Positions 37,861-46,539 of a stretch of 64,000 nt of DNA are shown one piece after another. The notes under the pieces were generated by a model. It made no database searches. It saw nothing but the letters and a program-made list of their open reading frames with translations, and was not told the DNA's origin. Position numbers and translations under genes: made by a program. Position 1 is the first letter of the stretch. Every line of letters starts with the position of its first letter. Source of the DNA: a bacterium. GTDB taxonomy: Bacteria; Patescibacteriota; Andersenbacteria; UBA10190; CAIZMI01. Where the stretch lies: assembly GCA_030647555.1 (NCBI GenBank), contig JAUSJG010000008.1, positions 193,467 through 257,466 of the forward strand. The letters are read 5' to 3'.

Positions 37861-39363
37861 ATGAGTAGTGAATTTCAGTATAATCACTGCATGCGCGAAG
37901 ATTTGATTACAACCCGTGAAGAACATGTTAAACGGCTTCAAGACGCGGGCCGAAATCTTTATCCAACTTGGAATGGGCGGACACATTCCGTAACCGACAT
38001 CCATGAACAAAGTGAAGTATTAATAAGTGATAAAACTGTTGTTACTACGGCGGGGAGGTTGAGTGCAAAAAGGAAACATGGCGGGTCTACATTCGCGGAT
38101 ATTGTCGATGGTGGTGGAAAAATTCAAATTTGGATAAAGCGCGACTTGGTTGGCGTTGAAAATTATACATTGATCGAAGCTTTGGATTTGGGTGATATTG
38201 TGGCGTTTACGGGGGCAGTTATTAAAACAGAGGCCGGTGAGTTAACGGTGCAGTGTGAAAAATGGGAGCTCCTTACAAAGTCTCTTACACCGCTTCCCGA
38301 TACTTGGTATGGCCTAAAAGATGTTGAAGTACGTGCCAGACAACGCGAGTTGGATTTGTTGATAAATAAAGAATCAAGAGAGACGTTTGTGATGCGAAGC
38401 AAAATTATTCAAGCGATGCGCGAATTTCTTTTACGGAATAATTTTATGGAAGTGGAAACACCTGTTTTGCAGAGTATTGCGGGTGGGGCTTCGGCGCGTC
38501 CGTTTACAACGCATCATAACGCTTTGGATTTGGATTTATTTTTGCGTATTTCGCCGGAACTTTATTTGAAGCGGATGGTTGTAGGTGGTTTTGAACGTGT
38601 GTTTGAAGTGGCGCGCAATTTTCGTAATGAGGGCGTGGATCGCCAACATAATCCGGAATTTACAATGTGTGAGTTTTATATGGCCTACGCGAACATTGAT
38701 GATTTGATCAGTTTATCCGAAAAAATGTTTTCCGCGATTTTTTCCGGCGTTGGCAAAGGGGACAAAATTACATACCAGGGCGTTGAACTGGATTTCAAAG
38801 CGCCATGGAAACAAATATCTTATGTTGATACGATTAAAAAAGAAACGGGGATTGATGTATTAGAAGATGTTGACCCGCAAATTTATATTAATTATATGAA
38901 TGATAATAATTTTGATTTACCGGAATCAAAATCATTGCCGGCACTGGTTGATACGTTATTTAAGGAAGCGATTCGCAAGAAAGTAGTACAGCCGGTAATT
39001 GTGAGGGATTTTCCGACGTATATGGAACCTCTGGCAAAACGCGTAGAAGGTAATCCAAAATTGGTACAGCGTGCGCAATTGGTGGCGATGGGGGCGGAAT
39101 TATTTAAAGCTTATACCGAATTAAACGATCCGATTGATCAGGAGAAGCGTTTTATTGAACAGGAACGATATCGTGAGGCCGGCGACGCGGAAGCCCAACA
39201 TATCGATCAAGCTTTTTTGACGGCACTGAAAATAGGTTTACCGCCAACGGCCGGCTGGGGAATGGGTATTGATCGTTTAACAATGCTTTTAACCGATCAA
39301 TCACACATCCGAGACGTGATTACTTTTCCCCTAATGCGCCCGGAGACTGACTCAAATGCTTGA
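37861..39363 (+). CDS. lysS: Lysyl-tRNA synthetase, class II
   Basis: OB domain, then 'RISPELYLKRMVVGGFERVFEVARNFRNEG' and 'GWGMGIDRL'. Confidence 0.9.
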   Translation: MSSEFQYNHCMREDLITTREEHVKRLQDAGRNLYPTWNGRTHSVTDIHEQSEVLISDKTVVTTAGRLSAKRKHGGSTFADIVDGGGKIQIWIKRDLVGVENYTLIEALDLGDIVAFTGAVIKTEAGELTVQCEKWELLTKSLTPLPDTWYGLKDVEVRARQRELDLLINKESRETFVMRSKIIQAMREFLLRNNFMEVETPVLQSIAGGASARPFTTHHNALDLDLFLRISPELYLKRMVVGGFERVFEVARNFRNEGVDRQHNPEFTMCEFYMAYANIDDLISLSEKMFSAIFSGVGKGDKITYQGVELDFKAPWKQISYVDTIKKETGIDVLEDVDPQIYINYMNDNNFDLPESKSLPALVDTLFKEAIRKKVVQPVIVRDFPTYMEPLAKRVEGNPKLVQRAQLVAMGAELFKAYTELNDPIDQEKRFIEQERYREAGDAEAQHIDQAFLTALKIGLPPTAGWGMGIDRLTMLLTDQSHIRDVITFPLMRPETDSNA

Positions 39364-40666
39364 TATAAATTTTGTTAAGGAAAATCTTACATTAGTAAAA
39401 AACGTTTGTCGGGATAAAAATATTGACGTCGATGTTGATAGGCTTGTTGCATTGAATTTGGAAATCGTTAAAAAGAAACAGGAAATTGATGGTCTAAACG
39501 CGGAAAGAAATAAGCTAGCCAAAAGTACCGGTGGCGGAAAACCGACGGAAGAACAATTAAAATTGGCGAGAGAACTGAAGGAAAAAATTGCCACAGTTAC
39601 TGATGGTGCAAATTTGAATGCGCTAGAAAAAGAATATGTCGTTTTGCTCGAAAAACTGCCGAATATTCCTACCGGCGACACGCCTATCGGGAAAAATGAG
39701 GATGAAAATGTTGTTTTGAGTCAATGGGGCGAGATTAAAAAGTTGGATTTCAAACCTCGCGAACACTGGGAAATCGCGGAAAAATTAAATTTGTTGGATA
39801 CGGAAAGAGCAACAAAAGTTTCCGGTTCCCGTTTCGTTTATTTGAGAGGGGATTTGGTGCTTTTGCAATATGCGTTAATCCAGCAAGCTATGGGAATTTT
39901 GATGAGTAGAGAAGCGTTGGCAAAAATAATTGCAGAATTCGGATTATCTGTTTCCGATAAGCCTTTTACTCCGGTTATTCCTCCCGTAATTGTTAAAGCT
40001 GAGGTAATGCAGAGAATGGCGCGGTTGGAGCCCAAAGAGGAACGCTATCACATCGAACAAGACGATTTGTATTTAGTTGGCAGTGCCGAACACACACTTG
40101 GACCAACCTATATGGATGAAACATTAAACGCGGAAGAATTGCCAATTCGTTTAGTAGGTGTTTCATCGGCTTTTAGAAGAGAAGCGGGATCATATGGTAA
40201 AGATACGAAAGGAATGATTCGTTTGCATCAGTTTGAAAAGTGTGAAATGGAATCTTTTTCCGCGCCGGATGCGTCACTGGAAGAACATAAACTGTTTTCG
40301 GCGATTCAGGAAACTTTGATGCGGACATTAAATATTCCTTACCAGGTAATTCTAAAATGCACGGGTGATATGGGTACGCCAAACGCGAGAGCAGCTGATA
40401 TTGAAGCTTGGTTTCCGGGGCAAAATAAATATCGTGAAACGCACACCGCGGATTATATGACGGATTATCAAACGCGTCGTTTGAAGACAAAAATCAAAAT
40501 GAAAGACGGCACTACGACATTCGCGCACATGAATGATGGGACAGCTTTTGCCGGACGAACGATTGCCGCCATTATTGAAAACTATCAACAAGAAGACGGA
40601 AGTGTGATTATTCCGGAAGTGTTGCGCGGTTACTTTGGAGGACGAGAGAAAATTTTAGCCGTCTAA
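39356..40666 (+). CDS. serS: Seryl-tRNA synthetase
   Basis: N-terminal coiled coil. 'SSAFRREAGSYGKDTKGMIRLHQFEKCE' class II motifs. Confidence 0.9.
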   Translation: MLDINFVKENLTLVKNVCRDKNIDVDVDRLVALNLEIVKKKQEIDGLNAERNKLAKSTGGGKPTEEQLKLARELKEKIATVTDGANLNALEKEYVVLLEKLPNIPTGDTPIGKNEDENVVLSQWGEIKKLDFKPREHWEIAEKLNLLDTERATKVSGSRFVYLRGDLVLLQYALIQQAMGILMSREALAKIIAEFGLSVSDKPFTPVIPPVIVKAEVMQRMARLEPKEERYHIEQDDLYLVGSAEHTLGPTYMDETLNAEELPIRLVGVSSAFRREAGSYGKDTKGMIRLHQFEKCEMESFSAPDASLEEHKLFSAIQETLMRTLNIPYQVILKCTGDMGTPNARAADIEAWFPGQNKYRETHTADYMTDYQTRRLKTKIKMKDGTTTFAHMNDGTAFAGRTIAAIIENYQQEDGSVIIPEVLRGYFGGREKILAV

Positions 40667-40679
40667 TTTTTTAAGACCG

Positions 40680-41501
40680 ATGACGCGAGAGGTCAAATCG
40701 GAATCGCAGTCTTTTTTGCAAAAAGACCCGTCAAGAACGTGGTTGTGGGTGTTTGGTGGAATAATTATTCTAATAATTTTGGTTGGTTTGGGAAGTGTAT
40801 TTTTACCGGAACAATTTATGGTAAAAAATGTGGTTGTTAGCAATACCCGACCGGAAGTGGCGCAACAAATTAAAAACTATGTTCAGGAGGTTGTACAAAA
40901 TAAGTCAAAATTATTTGGCAAGACAAGTATCTTTCTTGTTCCGCGAGATTTCTTAGAGTATGAATTACCGAATAAATTTGCCATTATCAAAACAGTACAA
41001 ATACTGCGTGAATTGCCAAGTACGGTTCATATTGTTATTCAAGAAAAAGTTCCCGTGGCGGTTTTGATATCGGGCGGGGTAAGTTACGCGCTTGATCCCG
41101 GCGGTGTGGCCTTTGAAGAATTTTCCCAAGAGAGAATGCAGACAAATAAATATCCGATTATCAGCGACGAGCGAAAAACGACGGAAATAGATGTTGGTAA
41201 ATCCGTAATGGATCCGAGGATTTTGACTATGATGCACGATATCGCCCGTCTATTTCCCGAAAGGTTTGGGATACAAATTGATAAAATTACGATCCCCGCG
41301 ATTGGTAGTCAGGAATTGCATGTTTACACCAGTGAAGGTTGGATGTTAGTTTTGGACAATAGCAGAACGCTGGATGAGCAGTTTTTGGTACTGGAAAAAA
41401 TACTCACGGAACAGATCACTAATGATAAAAGACCAATGTTGAGCTATATTGACCTAAGGGCGGCAGGAAAAGCTTTTTTTAAGTTTAAGGATGGCACATG
41501 A
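40680..41501 (+). CDS. FtsQ/DivIB-like (POTRA) membrane protein
   Basis: One TM segment followed by an extracytoplasmic α/β domain of about 200 aa. Position upstream of the Mur-ligase gene. Confidence 0.45.
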   Translation: MTREVKSESQSFLQKDPSRTWLWVFGGIIILIILVGLGSVFLPEQFMVKNVVVSNTRPEVAQQIKNYVQEVVQNKSKLFGKTSIFLVPRDFLEYELPNKFAIIKTVQILRELPSTVHIVIQEKVPVAVLISGGVSYALDPGGVAFEEFSQERMQTNKYPIISDERKTTEIDVGKSVMDPRILTMMHDIARLFPERFGIQIDKITIPAIGSQELHVYTSEGWMLVLDNSRTLDEQFLVLEKILTEQITNDKRPMLSYIDLRAAGKAFFKFKDGT

Positions 41502-42307
41502 TACTAACGGAAGAAGAAATCGAAATCGACGGTATTTCATATCGTTATTTGCATGGCGGAAAAAGCGGTGGAATTCCGATTTTGTTTTTACATGGCTGGG
41601 GCAGTAAGGCGGAAAGCTACCGAAAAGCGAGCACTTTTTTTCCGGATGATTTTCCGGAAATTGTTATTCCCAATCTTCCTGGTTTTGGATTTGCCCCGGT
41701 ACCGAGCACAATTTGGGGTATTAAAGAATACACTGACTGGGTAAACAAGCTCATTCAAAAACTTGGCTGGTCAAAACTGTTTTTGGCTGGACATTCATTT
41801 GGCGGTCGTTTGACTATATATATTGCTTCTCATCAGCCGGAGTTGTTATCGGGAATTATTTTATACGCCACGGCGGGAACAACAAGGCGCAACCAAAAAA
41901 GACTCTCATTCTTTAATATTATCGCCAAATTAGGAAAGGCGATATTGAGTTTGCCAGGGCTTCATTTTATTTATCCAATCGCGGAAAAAACTCTATACAA
42001 ATTAGTTGGCAACACAGATTACTTGTATGCGGGAGAAAAACGCGAAATATTCAAAAAAGTTATTAACGAGGACCTTTCTGGGTTAGTAAAAGATATTTTT
42101 GTTCCAACGAAGCTCCTTTGGGGAAAAGATGATTTTCAAACACCGCTCGCCGATGCCGAATATATTCATCAAAACATAAAGGGTTCGGAACTTAAGGTAA
42201 TCTCTGGCGAGGGGCATATTATGCACTCGAGAAATCCGGAACTGTTTGCAAAAGAATTTTCCGAATTGGTTGCTAAATTATTGAGTGAAACAAGCCATGG
42301 TAAATAG
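41498..42307 (+). CDS. α/β-hydrolase fold protein
   Basis: 'LHGWGS' and the 'GHSFGG' nucleophile elbow. Confidence 0.7.
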   Translation: MILTEEEIEIDGISYRYLHGGKSGGIPILFLHGWGSKAESYRKASTFFPDDFPEIVIPNLPGFGFAPVPSTIWGIKEYTDWVNKLIQKLGWSKLFLAGHSFGGRLTIYIASHQPELLSGIILYATAGTTRRNQKRLSFFNIIAKLGKAILSLPGLHFIYPIAEKTLYKLVGNTDYLYAGEKREIFKKVINEDLSGLVKDIFVPTKLLWGKDDFQTPLADAEYIHQNIKGSELKVISGEGHIMHSRNPELFAKEFSELVAKLLSETSHGK

Positions 42308-43895
42308 TATTTTGGTATTTGCGATCGGTGTACTGTGGTTGATTGCGATTTGTCGCTTGATTATTTTGCAGGTGGCTACCTGGCAATTAAAAGAATATCG
42401 TTGGGACAGAATGCGTGAATATCTTCGGTTGGGAAGCACGAAACAGGTTCTTATGAGTCCGATAGAATTGGCCAAATGGTTGTTGCTATTTCTGTTTTTT
42501 GCCGGAAACACCTTATTTGGTTTATATTCCTGGTTTGTACTCGCGATATATATTCTTGATTTATTGTTATTAGTAAAAGAGTTAAGACGACACATGATCA
42601 TACGGCCGGCAATGACGATAAAGGCAATCGGTATGATAGCAATATCTCTTTCGGTCATCTTTGCGCTCTTAGGTCTAATGTTTCTTAACGGGGTATTTAT
42701 TGTGGCGACGTTGGTGTTTCTGGATCGTCTCACGGCGGTTATTGTTACGACATTTGTGTTTTTATTTTTTCCATTGTCTGCAATACTAAAGCGACGAAAA
42801 ATTAACGCGGCAAAAAAATTACGCGGAGGCCTGGGACAAGTTGTAGTGATTGGTATTACCGGAAGTTATGGTAAGTCGAGTACAAAAAATATTTTAGCTA
42901 CAATATTAGATGGCGATAATATATTGGTGACTCCCGGCAACACGAACACAGAAATTGGTGTTGCGCAATTGATGCTTAATCAACTAACAGAAAACATAAA
43001 CTATTTTGTTGCGGAAATGGGTGCTTATCGTATTGGAGAAATTAAGAGTTTGGCCGAATTAGTTCAGCCCAAAATTGGCATTCTTACGGCAGTGGGGAAT
43101 CAGCATCTTGGGCTTTTTGGTTCCCATGAAAATATCAGAAAGGCAAAATCCGAACTTATTGCATCGTTGCCGGCAGACGGGACAGCAATATTAAATGCGG
43201 ATGATCCGATTTGTTTCGATATATCGAAACAAATTACGCACTGTGAGGTTTTGACGTATGGACTGTCGGATGAGGCCGATTTGCAAGCAAAAATAATTAG
43301 TTCTAATGAAAATGGAATTGAGGTTAAAATATTTGGATTAGTGCCGGAAACGATGATTGTTATGCCTGTAGTTGGACAGCATCAACTTGGTAATGTTTTG
43401 GCCGGCATTTTAACGGCTATTGTCCTTGGAAAAAAATGGCCGGAAATTCAATTAAAACTTCAAAATATCAGGATGGTTAAACAAACGATGGAAAAATATA
43501 CTACCGCGCAAGGCGCATTGGTTATCAACGATTCTTATAATGCCAACGTAAGTGGGGTTATCGCGGCGATAGAAAATCTAAAATCTTTTTCGCAATCCCA
43601 AAAAATTGTTATTTTAACGCCGATGATTGAATTGGGAAGTGACTCGGCAACCGCGCACGAGCAAGTGGGGGCCGTGCTAGCTAGGGTTGCGACGCGTGTT
43701 TATTATACCGGGACGGATTTTAAAAATGAACTCTTGGCGGGCGCTAAATTAGTAAATCCCGATTTCAAAATTAAAACTCAGACGCAAGCAAGTGAAATTA
43801 TTAAAGATCTGTATCCTGTCCTCGGAAATGACGCGGTTGTACTGCTAGAGGGCCGTGTTCCGAAATTAATTCGAGAATCATTGCATACAAAATGA
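42285..43895 (+). CDS. Mur-ligase family enzyme (MurF-like) with an N-terminal polytopic membrane domain of about 170 aa
   Basis: 4-5 TM helices, then 'VIGITGSYGKSSTKN' P-loop and 'INDSYNAN' MurF-type C-terminal motif. Confidence 0.7.
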   Translation: MKQAMVNSILVFAIGVLWLIAICRLIILQVATWQLKEYRWDRMREYLRLGSTKQVLMSPIELAKWLLLFLFFAGNTLFGLYSWFVLAIYILDLLLLVKELRRHMIIRPAMTIKAIGMIAISLSVIFALLGLMFLNGVFIVATLVFLDRLTAVIVTTFVFLFFPLSAILKRRKINAAKKLRGGLGQVVVIGITGSYGKSSTKNILATILDGDNILVTPGNTNTEIGVAQLMLNQLTENINYFVAEMGAYRIGEIKSLAELVQPKIGILTAVGNQHLGLFGSHENIRKAKSELIASLPADGTAILNADDPICFDISKQITHCEVLTYGLSDEADLQAKIISSNENGIEVKIFGLVPETMIVMPVVGQHQLGNVLAGILTAIVLGKKWPEIQLKLQNIRMVKQTMEKYTTAQGALVINDSYNANVSGVIAAIENLKSFSQSQKIVILTPMIELGSDSATAHEQVGAVLARVATRVYYTGTDFKNELLAGAKLVNPDFKIKTQTQASEIIKDLYPVLGNDAVVLLEGRVPKLIRESLHTK

Positions 43896-45133
43896 TTGCT
43901 ATTTCCCTCGCTCCAAATTTTGAAACAAAGGACGCTTTATTGGCACTGAAACAGCTGTTTTTGCCATGGCGTTGGCGTAAAGGTACTGCCAATCAAAGAT
44001 TGGTCGCTAAATTACAAGCAATACTTGGCAGGAAGGAAATTTATACGGTTAATAGCGCGCGTTGGGGACTATATTTATTGCTTCAGAATTTGCGTCTTGA
44101 GAAAGATACGGAAGTTTTATTGCAGGCGTTTACTTGCGTCTCCGTTCCAGGCCCGGTGCTCTGGAATAATTTGAAACCGGTTTACGTTGATATTCTGGAA
44201 AGAGAATTAACAATGGATCCTCTTGATCTGGAGCGAAAAATTACAGCTAAAAGTCGGGTAATTATTGTTCAACACACTTTTGGCATACCGGCTCGGATGG
44301 ACGAAATAATGACGATTGCCAAGAAACACAACTTAATTGTGATCGAGGATTGCGCACATACGCTTGGAGGGAAACATCGCGATAAGCTTTTGGGCACGAT
44401 TGGTGACGCCTCAATTTTTAGTTTTGGTCGCGACAAAGCAATCTCAAGTGTTTTTGGTGGTGCAATTATGGTTAATAATCAAAAAGTGTTTACTAGTATT
44501 AAGTCTGCTGTGGCAGAATTGCCATTGAGTAAAAACGGGTGGGTTCTCCAGCAACTGATGCATCCGATTTTGTTTGAGTTGATTATTAAGCCATTATATT
44601 TCACGGCGCAGATCGGAAAGATAAAATTAGTCTTCGCTCAGAAGGTCGGTCTGCTTTCTAAAGCCATCGCGTCACATGAAAAGTCTGGCGGTAAGCCCGC
44701 TTTTGAATGCGCAAAATTATCAAACGCGTTGGCGGAACTGGCCTGTTTTCAATTAAGCCGGTTAGAGGCATTTAACGCGCGTCGTCGCGAAATCGTTGAA
44801 ATATACAACAAGGAATTACACCAATCTGGTTTTGATGGACAGAGTTTATTGCGTTATCCGATTTTTGTTGATGAACCGCGAAAATTGTTATTAGCGGCTC
44901 GCAAAGAAAAGATTTTGCTAGGGGACTGGTATGAAGTGATTGCGCCAAAAGACACGGATCTAAAGGCCGTACAATATGTCGCGGGTTCTTGTCCAGTGGC
45001 GGAATCGGTCGCTAAGAGAGAGATAAATTTACCGACCTACTACACGCTAAAAAACAGTGACCTAAAGAAAATCGTGGAGTTTACTTTAAGGACTGTCCCT
45101 AAAGTAAACGGCTACTTTAGGGACAGTCCTTAA
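43892..45133 (+). CDS. DegT/DnrJ/EryC1/ArnB-family PLP-dependent sugar aminotransferase
   Basis: 'DASIFSFGRDKAISSVFGGAI' (PLP Lys region) and 'IIVQHTFGIPARMDEI'. Confidence 0.7.
   Translation: MIAISLAPNFETKDALLALKQLFLPWRWRKGTANQRLVAKLQAILGRKEIYTVNSARWGLYLLLQNLRLEKDTEVLLQAFTCVSVPGPVLWNNLKPVYVDILERELTMDPLDLERKITAKSRVIIVQHTFGIPARMDEIMTIAKKHNLIVIEDCAHTLGGKHRDKLLGTIGDASIFSFGRDKAISSVFGGAIMVNNQKVFTSIKSAVAELPLSKNGWVLQQLMHPILFELIIKPLYFTAQIGKIKLVFAQKVGLLSKAIASHEKSGGKPAFECAKLSNALAELACFQLSRLEAFNARRREIVEIYNKELHQSGFDGQSLLRYPIFVDEPRKLLLAARKEKILLGDWYEVIAPKDTDLKAVQYVAGSCPVAESVAKREINLPTYYTLKNSDLKKIVEFTLRTVPKVNGYFRDSP
45090..45129 (+). other. Perfect 17-bp stem hairpin within the last 14 codons of the aminotransferase CDS
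   Basis: GGACTGTCCCTAAAGTA-AACGGC-TACTTTAGGGACAGTCC. Confidence 0.6.
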
Positions 45134-45145
45134 AGTGTTAAACCT

Positions 45146-46153
45146 ATGCAAATAAAAGAAATCACGAGTAAGTCGGACTGGGAAGGATTCTTGATAACCC
45201 AAAACTCCAACACGTTTTTACATGGTTGGAATTATGGTGTAATGCAGGAAAAACTCGGCGAAAAAGTAATTCGTTTTGGGTGTTACGAAAATGATGTTCT
45301 TGTTGGTGTTGCGATGGGTGTTTCGGTTACGGCAAGACGCGGTAAATTTTTGTTTTGCCCGCATGGCCCGATCGTTGTAAATAATGATTCTGAAAAAACG
45401 GAAGCTTTAATTTTGGCATTAAAGAAATCTGCGCAAGAAATCAGCTCGGCGTTTTTGCGGATCAGTCCGTTAGAATTGCAGGATGGTAAAAACGCCGAAC
45501 TCTATAAAAAACTGGGGATGCGACCGGCACCGATGCATATGCACGCCGAAACGATGTGGGTTTTGGATATTAAACCTTTCGAAGAAGATTTAATGAAGGG
45601 AATGCGTAAAACAACTCGGAATTTAGTGCGTCGTGCCGAGCGCGATGGTGTAAAAATTCGCATCAGTCGTGACGCAAAAGATTTGGATGTTTTTGAACAG
45701 CTGTACAAAGAAACAGCGGACCGCGAGAACTTTGTTGGATTTTCACGCAAATATTTGGAGGCGGAATTTAACGCGCTGGTGAATGACGGGCAAGTTTTCA
45801 TCGCTTTAGCGGAATATCAGGGCGATGTAATTTCCACAGCTCTTATTACTGTTTACGGCAATACCGGTTTTTATCATCAGGGCGCGTCAACGCGCAAACA
45901 TGCGAAAGTGCCGGGTGCGTATCTGCTCCAGTGGGAAATTATTCGCGAATTAAAGCGTCTTGGGATTCAGCGTTATAACTTTTGGGGTATCTCTGATGAT
46001 ATAAAACACCCTTGGGCGGGCTTATCGCTCTTCAAGCAGGGTTTTGGCGGTTATCGAGAAGATTACCTGCACGCACAGGATCTGCCACTAAAACCGTCAT
46101 ATTGGCTAACATACATAATCGAGCAAATAAGACGCAAAAAACGGGGGTATTGA
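45146..46153 (+). CDS. FemAB-family (aminoacyl-tRNA-dependent) peptidyltransferase-like protein
   Basis: GNAT-like duplicated fold. Motifs and length are typical of FemX/FemAB (PF02388). Confidence 0.6.
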   Translation: MQIKEITSKSDWEGFLITQNSNTFLHGWNYGVMQEKLGEKVIRFGCYENDVLVGVAMGVSVTARRGKFLFCPHGPIVVNNDSEKTEALILALKKSAQEISSAFLRISPLELQDGKNAELYKKLGMRPAPMHMHAETMWVLDIKPFEEDLMKGMRKTTRNLVRRAERDGVKIRISRDAKDLDVFEQLYKETADRENFVGFSRKYLEAEFNALVNDGQVFIALAEYQGDVISTALITVYGNTGFYHQGASTRKHAKVPGAYLLQWEIIRELKRLGIQRYNFWGISDDIKHPWAGLSLFKQGFGGYREDYLHAQDLPLKPSYWLTYIIEQIRRKKRGY

Positions 46154-46237
46154 CATGAATCTAGTCTGGTAGTAGGGTTACATCTTGTTGTTTACAATCT
46201 ACGTTGTGTTTGTGTTTCTTTTTCAAGGAGGTGTTCC

Positions 46238-46465
46238 ATGGACACCGGAATTGTGGCTATCGTGGTTGGGGTAATCGGTGCGGGTTTGTTTTTGATCGGT
46301 GCCCTTGTCTGGGCTGGGAGTCGTGTCTCTAAAGGTTGGACCGGTCGAGACACGGTGATTGTGATCATAATGGTCGTATTGGTGATTCCTGTCGCAGTCG
46401 TCGCCCCTGGAGTGATTGTTCGATGGCAAGTTGCTCACGATGCAACTAGCACAATCGCGAAATAA
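46238..46465 (+). CDS. Small 2-TM membrane protein (75 aa), about 52% GC, with a strong SD
   Basis: AAGGAGG 7 nt upstream of the ATG. Two hydrophobic helices. Terminator hairpin at 46481-46510. Confidence 0.4.
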   Translation: MDTGIVAIVVGVIGAGLFLIGALVWAGSRVSKGWTGRDTVIVIIMVVLVIPVAVVAPGVIVRWQVAHDATSTIAK

Positions 46466-46480
46466 TGCGACTAATTCGTT

Positions 46481-46510
46481 GTGGTTGATTCAGAATAGGT
46501 AACACCTGTT
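46481..46510 (+). terminator. Rho-independent terminator
   Basis: CAGAATAGGTAACACCTGTTCTG followed by T8. Confidence 0.6.
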
Positions 46511-46539
46511 CTGTTTTTTTATTTCTTTGTTTATCCACT

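Noticed and set aside
46150-46196. σ70 promoter TTGACA-17-TAGGGT upstream of the small GC-rich membrane protein
   Set aside because: The -35 is perfect but the -10 matches only 3 of 6 positions. It is kept as a note, not a feature.
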